A stretch of 32,000 nt of DNA. Origin: Candidatus Iainarchaeum sp. (GTDB lineage: Archaea > Iainarchaeota > Iainarchaeia > Iainarchaeales > CSSED10-239). This document shows positions 25,449 to 32,000 of the stretch, piece by piece. Location of the stretch: contig JAQVTI010000001.1 of NCBI GenBank assembly GCA_028700115.1, forward strand, positions 120,001 to 152,000, written 5' to 3'. The notes beneath the pieces are model-generated. The model was not told the origin of the DNA. It made no database searches and worked only from the letters and a program-made list of their open reading frames with translations. The translations under genes were made by a program, and so were the position numbers. The first letter of the stretch is position 1. The number at the start of each line of letters is the position of its first letter.

Positions 25449-26600
25449 TTATTTAACAAAAATTTTATTTTTAATTTTTTCTGGGAGATATTTTTTTGCA
25501 ACAAAATCTAAAGATTTATTTGCAAGAGCTTGTTGCTCTATCCTGATTTTTTTATCAAGTGCAATCTTTAATTCTTTTTGCCAACCAGGAGTATTAAACC
25601 AATCATATTTCATTAATTCTTTTGCTCTTTTAATATCCCCATCTTTCATCTTCTCAGTTACATTTTGTAAACCATATGTTTCTACATCTGTTAAAGTCAT
25701 ACCAACATATTCAGCATCTGGAACTGCAAGATATTTTGAATGAGCTGCAAGAGCCATAGACCCACTTTTAATTACAGAAAAAATATACCATCCATAAGGA
25801 TCCCCATCTGTAAAAACAATCACAGGTAAATTAAATTCATATCTTAATCTATGAATTAATCTTCTTGTACCTCTTGCAGCTTGCCCACCTGTTCCTATTA
25901 AAATAGCTCTATTTTCTTTTGTAAATCTTTCTTCAATTAATCTCCCATACATTGCAGAGGTTTCAATAACTAAAACATAATCTGCATTAACTTCTTTAAT
26001 TTCAATCTCTTCAGGTTCAAGTCTAGACATAATAGACCATCCCCCTCTTCCAAGAGTAGAACAATTAAATTCATCATTATCATGCTTTTTATCAATTAAA
26101 GTAATATCCCCATATAAAGATCCTTTAGGATCTGCATGAAGACCTAATTTTTCTCTAATAGTATTTACTGAATGTTCAATATCCACAATTACATCATTTG
26201 ATTCTTCTTGGGCATCAAAAGTGTTTTCTTTAGTACCTTCTACAGTTCTTTTAAGTTCATAATAAATTTCTCTGATAGATGCAGTTTTATCATGAATTAA
26301 ATAATCATAACATTTATCATTTACTAAAACAGTTTGCATGAATTTTCTTGCAGCTCCAAGATTTAAAAAAGGTCTTGTTACTTTTTTATCTCCTAATTGT
26401 ATAAAATTATTTTTTTCATCAAAATAAACATTTGAATATCCTCTAACTCTAGTTGTAAAAGTAGGAGAATGATTATTTTCAATCTGATGTGCAATATTTT
26501 TTGATATTTCAAAAACTCTTTTTGCAATATCTTTCTTCCCTTCAATTTCATGCTCTTCTAATTTATTTTTTTCTTGTTTTTTAACATTCATAAAAATCAC
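25449..26600 (-). CDS. top6A: DNA topoisomerase VI subunit A (Spo11-like)
   Basis: Winged-helix region with the catalytic Tyr (ASIREIYYELK). Toprim motifs VLVIETSAMYGRL and VFTDGDPYGWYI. Located directly downstream of top6B. Confidence 0.93.
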   Translation of the reverse strand: MIFMNVKKQEKNKLEEHEIEGKKDIAKRVFEISKNIAHQIENNHSPTFTTRVRGYSNVYFDEKNNFIQLGDKKVTRPFLNLGAARKFMQTVLVNDKCYDYLIHDKTASIREIYYELKRTVEGTKENTFDAQEESNDVIVDIEHSVNTIREKLGLHADPKGSLYGDITLIDKKHDNDEFNCSTLGRGGWSIMSRLEPEEIEIKEVNADYVLVIETSAMYGRLIEERFTKENRAILIGTGGQAARGTRRLIHRLRYEFNLPVIVFTDGDPYGWYIFSVIKSGSMALAAHSKYLAVPDAEYVGMTLTDVETYGLQNVTEKMKDGDIKRAKELMKYDWFNTPGWQKELKIALDKKIRIEQQALANKSLDFVAKKYLPEKIKNKIFVK

Positions 26601-26606
26601 AAATTT

Positions 26607-28379
26607 TTATTCTTCCATTTCATCATTTTCTTCAGAAAAATCATCATCTATATTTTCAGGTTTACTAGATAAATGTTTTTCATTTTCATCATCCATTTTT
26701 AATTTTTCTAAAACCATTTTATCTAAATTTTTTTGTAAAATTTTAGGATCTCCCCCAACTGTATGAACTATAGCTTCTACTACATATGGAGAATATCTAG
26801 AAAATACTTTTCTTTTTTCTTTTTTCTCAGCATCTCTTTTTTTATCTATTAAAAACTTACCAAGTCTTCTTGCAACATCTTGTAATGCAAGCTTTAAATC
26901 AGTTACAATTTCTTCTTCATCTGCAATTGCAGATTTACCTGCAGAAGTATAAGGTATATGAACAGAGATTAAATTTACAAAAATAGAAATTGGTGCAGAA
27001 TCTATATTTGATATTCCATATCTTTTCCAATCAATTGAAGAAACTGTTTTAGTAATAACACATCCTCCGGCATCAAAAAGTAAAGGTGCTTTATTTGAAT
27101 ATCTAATTATTTCAGAAACTCTTACTTCTCTTATAGTTTCTCCATTTTCACTTGCTTCTTCTGCTTCTTCTTTTTTCTTTTTAGAAACTTTTGCAGAATT
27201 TAAACTAACAAGTCTTCCAGCTTGCCCACCATATGCCAACCCAACTTCAACTTGAAAAGCATATCCACCTTTATAAACAGAAGGTTTTCTAGTATTTACA
27301 AAACAAAATTCTGGATCAATTACAGATTTTAAAGACTTTTCAATAAAAGGTTCTCCAATAGGCACTAAATTTTCTGTATTTGGTGCAATAAATTTTGTTT
27401 GTTTTATAGCTTTAACAATTTCTTCTGCTTCATCCCAAGTTAATTTTTTTGGATCTTTATTAAGATCAAAATGAACTAATTTTGCAACATTATCAACAGC
27501 AGTTTGACCAAATCTATCATATGTTATTAAAAGATATGAAGATACTTTTCTTGCAGGGCTATATCTTGCAAGAGATAACATTTCATCAACTGTAACTCCT
27601 CTTGGATGTGGTTTTACTTGTTTTGGAATTTTTGGAAGTTTTTTTACACTTCTAGGATATAAAGTTATTTCTCCAGAAGGATCTTCAAATTTAATAGTTG
27701 CATGAGGATTAGAAATTGCTGTTCGTCTTAAATATTCATCTACTGAATTTTGTCCTTTTTTATATTGTATTTCTTTAAATTTAGACTTTATTGCAAGACC
27801 TCTAAATTTTTTATCTAAATAAATTTTTTCAGTAATTTTTGGGGAATTTGTTTTTGAATCTATAGATATTTCTAAAGAAACAGTTTTTCCAGTTGTAGTC
27901 CCAGAAATAACTTTAGTTGGTTTACCAGTTGTAATTTGAGAAAATAAAATAATTCCAGAAACTCCAATTCCTTGTTGACCTCTTGTTTGAACTAGTCTAT
28001 GAAATTTAGTTCCAGCTAAAAGTTTTCCTAAAGCACTTCCAATTTTATTTTCTGGAATCCCAGGACCATTATCAATAACAGAAATTTCAAAATATTCTTC
28101 ACTGATTTCAGAAAGTTTAACTTCTATTTCAGGTAAAATTCCAGCTTCTTCACAAGCATCTAAAGAATTAGTTACAATTTCATGAATAATTGTTGTAAGT
28201 GTTCTTTGTTTTCCATAAAGACCTAACATTTGTCTATTTTTTTTAAAAAAATCAGCTACAGAATTTTCTTTAAATTCAGAAAATAAAACATTTGCATCTA
28301 TTCCATCTGGATTTTTATTATCTTGAGAATTATCAATATCAATTTCTTTTTTATTTTTTATATTTTTATTATCTGGCAT
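26607..28379 (-). CDS. top6B: DNA topoisomerase VI subunit B (GHKL ATPase)
   Basis: Bergerat-fold motifs HEIVTNSLDA, DNGPGIP and GQQGIGVSG, followed by the transducer region. Acidic C-terminal tail. Confidence 0.93.
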   Translation of the reverse strand: MPDNKNIKNKKEIDIDNSQDNKNPDGIDANVLFSEFKENSVADFFKKNRQMLGLYGKQRTLTTIIHEIVTNSLDACEEAGILPEIEVKLSEISEEYFEISVIDNGPGIPENKIGSALGKLLAGTKFHRLVQTRGQQGIGVSGIILFSQITTGKPTKVISGTTTGKTVSLEISIDSKTNSPKITEKIYLDKKFRGLAIKSKFKEIQYKKGQNSVDEYLRRTAISNPHATIKFEDPSGEITLYPRSVKKLPKIPKQVKPHPRGVTVDEMLSLARYSPARKVSSYLLITYDRFGQTAVDNVAKLVHFDLNKDPKKLTWDEAEEIVKAIKQTKFIAPNTENLVPIGEPFIEKSLKSVIDPEFCFVNTRKPSVYKGGYAFQVEVGLAYGGQAGRLVSLNSAKVSKKKKEEAEEASENGETIREVRVSEIIRYSNKAPLLFDAGGCVITKTVSSIDWKRYGISNIDSAPISIFVNLISVHIPYTSAGKSAIADEEEIVTDLKLALQDVARRLGKFLIDKKRDAEKKEKRKVFSRYSPYVVEAIVHTVGGDPKILQKNLDKMVLEKLKMDDENEKHLSSKPENIDDDFSEENDEMEE

Positions 28380-28390
28380 CTACAATCACA

Positions 28391-28440
28391 TTTATTTTAA
28401 TTTAGGTTAATTTATTTTAATTTATTTTAATTTAGTTTAA
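28391..28440. repeat. Tandem 10-bp repeat, 5 copies (TTTATTTTAA / TTTAGGTTAA / TTTAGTTTAA)
   Basis: Read directly: tttattttaa tttaggttaa tttattttaa tttattttaa tttagtttaa. It starts 12 nt upstream of the top6B ATG, in the core-promoter zone of top6B. Confidence 0.95.
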
Positions 28441-28452
28441 AAATATAATTTA

Positions 28453-28562
28453 ATTATTATAAAATTATTATAAAATTATTATAAAATTATTATAAAATTA
28501 TTATAAAATTATTATAAAATTATTATAAAATTATTATAAAATTATTATAAAATTATTATAAA
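28453..28562. repeat. Tandem 11-bp repeat ATTATTATAAA, 10 perfect copies
   Basis: Read directly: units start at 28453, 28464, 28475 and so on to 28552, with no mismatches. A degenerate tail follows (tattacaaattataaatatta). Each unit contains a TATA-box-like TTATAAA. Confidence 0.95.
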
Positions 28563-28696
28563 TATTACAAATTATAAATATTATATATATAATATATTAA
28601 AATATATTTATAAATATATTTATGATAAAGAAAGTAAAATAAATATAATAAAGATAAAACAAATAATTTAAATATATATTGTAAAATAAGATATTT

Positions 28697-30841
28697 ATGT
28701 GTTCGATTGCAGGTAGCTTTAATTTAACTCAAAGCATCAAAAATTGTTATGAAATGAATGTTTTAATGCAAAAAAGAGGTCCTAACCACACATCTTTTGC
28801 ACACATCAAAGATAATAAAGTATATATTTATGAATATACAGATAGATTTGAACAAAACAATACAATAAGCCATAATTTACTTGCAATTGTAGGAAACATA
28901 TCTCAACCTATAAAATATAAAAACACATTAATTACATCTAATTGTGAGATATATAATTGGAAAGAAATTTGTAAAAAAGAAAAAATAAATGCAAGAAATG
29001 ACTCAGAGATGTTAATTAAACTTTTTGAGAAAGAAAAAGTAAATAAGAAAACTTTAGAAAAACTAGATGGAGCATATGCATTTTGTTTCTGGAAAGAAAA
29101 CAAAATTTATCTTGCAAGAGATATTTTAGGAGTAAAACCTTTATGGTTTTCATATGAGAACAAAAGTTTTTGTTTTGCATCAGAAAAAAAAGCCTTAGAA
29201 AAAATTGGACGAGAAAAAATAGAATTTTTAGATCCAAGAAAGATTTTAATTTATGATATTAATAAAAATCTAATTAACTATAAAAAAAGAGAATTTATAA
29301 AAATTAAAGAAAATAAAAATGGTTTAGAAAAAAATAAAAAAATAATTCAAGAAAAATTAGAACAAGCAATTATTAAAAGAATTCCAGAAAAAAAACTAGC
29401 ACTTCTTTTTAGTGGAGGAATAGATTCTACAATAATTGCAATGATTCTTAAAAAACACAAAATAGATTTTACAGCATACTTTGCACATCTTAAAGGATAT
29501 AATGAAAATAAAGATTTAGAATATGTTAGAGAGATTGCAAAAAAATATAAAATTAAATTAAAAATTAAAAGTTTAGATTATAAAGACTTAGAAAAAAATA
29601 TTAAACAAGTTGTAAAAACTATTGAATCAACTAACCCTATTAAAATAGGAGTTGGCTTACCTATTTATCTTGCAAGTAAACTTGCTTCAAAAGATAAAAA
29701 TAAAGTTATTTTTTCAGGACTTGGTTCTGATGAGATTTTTGCAGGATATAATAGATTTAAAGAATCTAAACATATTCAAAAAGACACACTTAATCTACTT
29801 TATCAAATACATGAAAATGATTTAAATAGAGACGACTCTCTTACAATGGAAAACAGTATTGAGTTAAGACTTCCTTTTTTAGATTTACCTTTAATTAAAG
29901 AAGTAATTGGAATTGAAGATAAACAAAAAATTAACTCTGAAGAAAATAAAATTATCTTAAGAGAGATTTCAAAAGAATATAGTCTAGATGAAAAATATTT
30001 TAAAAGAAAAAAAGTTGCTGCACAATATGGTTCTGGGTTTGATAAAGGAATAATTAAACTTTCAAAAGAAAATAAATTTAAATCAAAATCAGAATATCTA
30101 AAAACTTTTTTAGAAAAGCAGAATCTTAATTTAGGATGTTTATATTCTTCTGGAAAAGACTCTAATCTTTCTTTAAATATTCTAAAAAAACAAAATTATA
30201 AAATAAAATGTTTAATTTCTATTATTCCAGAAAACAAAGACTCATACATGTATCAAACTCCTGATTTAAAAATTTTAAAAGCACAATCAGAATGTATAGA
30301 AATACCTTTAGTTTTAGGAAAAACAAAAGGTGAAAAAGAAAAAGAATTAATTGATCTTAAAAAAGTAATTAAAAAAGCAAAAGATAAATACAATCTGCAA
30401 GGAATTGTCTCAGGTGCATTATTTAGTAACTACCAAAGAGAAAGAATTCAAAACATATGTAATGATTTAGGTTTAAGATTGTTTTCACCTCTATGGAATA
30501 TAAACCAAGAAAAAGAAGTTTTGAAATTAATAAAAGAAAAATTTGATTTTAGAATTGTTAAAATTGCTGGATATGGACTAAATAAAGATTGGTTTTTAAG
30601 AAAAATAGATTTAAAAGCTTTAGAAGAACTTAAAAAACTAAATAAGAAATATGGTTTCAATGTAGCAGGAGAAGGTGGAGAATTTGAAACTATTGTTTTA
30701 GACTCACCTGATTTTAAAAAAAAAATAAAAGTTATAGACTACAAGATAAATTTAGAAAATGAATTTACTGGTGAAATTGAAATTAAAAAAATAAAAATAG
30801 AAGAAAAAAGAAAAACTAATTCTAACAAGTACAACCAATAG
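28697..30841 (+). CDS. Fusion protein: glutamine-dependent asparagine synthetase-like enzyme (GATase II + PP-loop synthetase) + diphthine-ammonia ligase-like (Dph6/MJ0570-type PP-loop) domain
   Basis: N-terminus MCSIAG (Cys2 nucleophile, 28700-28702), NCEIYN, NDSE, LDGAYAF, LARDILGVKPLW, FASEKKAL. First PP-loop SGGIDS (29411-29428), GLGSDEIFAGY, RLPFLD. From about 30125 a second module: LYSSGKDS (30149-30163), SYMYQTP, GIVSGALFSNYQRERI, SPLW and AGEGGEFETIVLDSP (30671-30691), typical of Dph6/ATP_bind_4. One uninterrupted frame. Confidence 0.85.
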   Translation: MCSIAGSFNLTQSIKNCYEMNVLMQKRGPNHTSFAHIKDNKVYIYEYTDRFEQNNTISHNLLAIVGNISQPIKYKNTLITSNCEIYNWKEICKKEKINARNDSEMLIKLFEKEKVNKKTLEKLDGAYAFCFWKENKIYLARDILGVKPLWFSYENKSFCFASEKKALEKIGREKIEFLDPRKILIYDINKNLINYKKREFIKIKENKNGLEKNKKIIQEKLEQAIIKRIPEKKLALLFSGGIDSTIIAMILKKHKIDFTAYFAHLKGYNENKDLEYVREIAKKYKIKLKIKSLDYKDLEKNIKQVVKTIESTNPIKIGVGLPIYLASKLASKDKNKVIFSGLGSDEIFAGYNRFKESKHIQKDTLNLLYQIHENDLNRDDSLTMENSIELRLPFLDLPLIKEVIGIEDKQKINSEENKIILREISKEYSLDEKYFKRKKVAAQYGSGFDKGIIKLSKENKFKSKSEYLKTFLEKQNLNLGCLYSSGKDSNLSLNILKKQNYKIKCLISIIPENKDSYMYQTPDLKILKAQSECIEIPLVLGKTKGEKEKELIDLKKVIKKAKDKYNLQGIVSGALFSNYQRERIQNICNDLGLRLFSPLWNINQEKEVLKLIKEKFDFRIVKIAGYGLNKDWFLRKIDLKALEELKKLNKKYGFNVAGEGGEFETIVLDSPDFKKKIKVIDYKINLENEFTGEIEIKKIKIEEKRKTNSNKYNQ

Positions 30842-32000
30842 CTGCACAACTTTTACCCCAAGCAGTTGCCATTGCTTGACAAAGTGCGACATTACCGTCT
30901 GTAGATGACCTATAAAACATATCACTTGTATCAGTTGTAATCGAAACATTCCATGAAGATAAATTTCTATTCATTTTAGTTCTACCAAACATATAATACA
31001 TAGTAGATACATTTGAAACATCCCAATTAGATAAATCTTGGTTAAAATTACTTGCATATGCGAACATATTACGCATATTATTAATATTTGAAACATCCCA
31101 ATTATTCATATTAGAAACATAAGATACATTTGAACAATTTCTAAAAAAACCTTCTAAACTAGTAACCCCATTTAAATCTAAAATATCAGTTGCAGTTATA
31201 CTAGTTAAATTACTACAACCATAAAATGCATTTGTACTAAATTTTGGGTTAAACCCCCCCCAATGAGATATATTTGTAATTTTAGGATAATCTCCAGAAG
31301 CATTAAAAGACCAACCTTGAATAGTTCCAAACATATTTACATCATAAATTCCTGATGAAGAATAAGTATGTAATTTATCAGAATCATCATAAGAAGTTAT
31401 TTCTGAAGTAGTCCCATCTCCCCAATCTACTGTAAAATCATAATTACCTTCAGAAACTAAAGGTAAAGATATTTGATTAGCTTCACTAGATCCAGTAGAA
31501 GTTTTTGTAGTATCCCAAGTTGAAGAAAAATAAGGAATTATACAATCTTGACCACATGAAGAAATTGTTTCATCTCCATTACAAGTTCCATCTCCACAAT
31601 AAGGTGCATTATCACATGAAACAAGACTTGCTCCTAAATAACTTACAGGAATAGAAATATATTTACCATCATTAGTTTTTAATTCTAAAATAAATTCTTT
31701 TGAAGGAATACATATTATATCTAATTGATTACTTCTATTTGGATTAATAACTAAAGGAGTTTCTAAAGTATATTCTGTGTTTATAAAATTTGTATTTTCT
31801 GCGGTTGTAGAAATTAATTTATATGCAACAACATTTAAATCTTTATTAAAATTGTTATTTTCTAAAACAACTTTAGAATAATCCCCAGACATACTTTCAT
31901 AAACAGATCTGTATTTTATAAACCCATCTAAATCTGATTTATCATAAGTAACTACAGAAGATTCATCTAGATTAGATGTAGTAAAATCTTTTGAAAAAGA
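30822..32000 (-). CDS. Secreted/surface protein with BspA/DUF285-type repeats and Cys-rich modules; 5' end lies beyond the window edge
   Basis: By my own translation the frame stays open upstream of the ORF-track Met to position 32000 (...SFSKDFTTSNLDESSVVTYDKSDLDGFIKYRSVYESMSGDY...). Contains CGDGTCNGDETISSCGQDC, the DWGDGT..YSSSG.Y motif, and repeated FxxCSNL.../WDVSN(I/V)xxMxxMF...FNQDLSxWDVSNV units typical of DUF285/BspA-like leucine-rich surface proteins. Cys-rich C-terminus CQAMATAWGKSCAAIGCTC. Confidence 0.7.
   Translation of the reverse strand, partial: SFSKDFTTSNLDESSVVTYDKSDLDGFIKYRSVYESMSGDYSKVVLENNNFNKDLNVVAYKLISTTAENTNFINTEYTLETPLVINPNRSNQLDIICIPSKEFILELKTNDGKYISIPVSYLGASLVSCDNAPYCGDGTCNGDETISSCGQDCIIPYFSSTWDTTKTSTGSSEANQISLPLVSEGNYDFTVDWGDGTTSEITSYDDSDKLHTYSSSGIYDVNMFGTIQGWSFNASGDYPKITNISHWGGFNPKFSTNAFYGCSNLTSITATDILDLNGVTSLEGFFRNCSNVSYVSNMNNWDVSNINNMRNMFAYASNFNQDLSNWDVSNVSTMYYMFGRTKMNRNLSSWNVSITTDTSDMFYRSSTDGNVALCQAMATAWGKSCAAIGCTC

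Noticed and set aside
28453-28562. CRISPR array
   Set aside because: The repeat unit is only 11 bp and strictly tandem with no spacers, and there are no cas genes in the window.
28578-28595. Perfect 18-nt A/T-only palindrome ATATTATATATATAATAT
   Set aside because: In DNA made almost entirely of A and T, with TA-dinucleotide runs, such palindromes are expected by chance. It has no flanking features.
28380-28696. Replication origin in the repeat-rich region next to topoisomerase VI
   Set aside because: There is no orc1/cdc6 gene adjacent. I see no ORB-like inverted repeats with a G-rich element, only short AT tandem repeats. A promoter-architecture or microsatellite explanation is simpler, and origin status cannot be supported from sequence alone.
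1-32000. Alternative genetic code or stop-codon recoding
   Set aside because: All recognisable genes translate full-length with the standard code. Stops TAA, TAG and TGA are all seen at sensible gene ends, and there are no in-frame stops within conserved domains.

Overview
Very AT-rich, tightly packed archaeal chromosome segment. The gene content suggests a small-genome, fermentative, DPANN-like archaeon (inference). I count about 33 protein genes and 2 tRNAs, with no CRISPR array, transposon or obvious defence island.

Left third (minus strand): the canonical archaeal exosome/proteasome/RNase P superoperon, Rpp30-Pop5-PsmA-SBDS-Rrp4-Rrp41-Rrp42. Rrp42 is cut by the window edge. It is followed by ArgRS with an adjacent tRNA-Arg(UCU) and a membrane-anchored DsbA-like protein.

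Middle: Taw1/TYW1, translationally coupled to a 287-aa H-domain-only [FeFe]-hydrogenase-like protein. Then RadA, a PpsA-like protein, tRNA-Cys, Mre11, and an ArsR-IscS-IscU-DUF1858 Fe-S operon.

Right half: a pyruvate fermentation module of ACD alpha, POR gamma-delta-alpha-beta and a bacterial-type acetate kinase. Then TopoVI A/B, an AsnB-Dph6 fusion, and a partial Cys-rich BspA/DUF285-like surface protein.

Most notable observations:
1. The minimal [FeFe]-hydrogenase-like gene.
2. porB interrupted by two inteins, both inside the ThDP-binding motif.
3. A single ORF fusing a complete glutamine-dependent asparagine-synthetase-like enzyme to a diphthine-ammonia-ligase-like domain.
4. Two perfect or near-perfect helically phased tandem arrays (5 x 10 bp and 10 x 11 bp) in the top6B/asnB divergent promoter region.

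All functional calls come from motif recognition by eye in the supplied translations. No database search was run.
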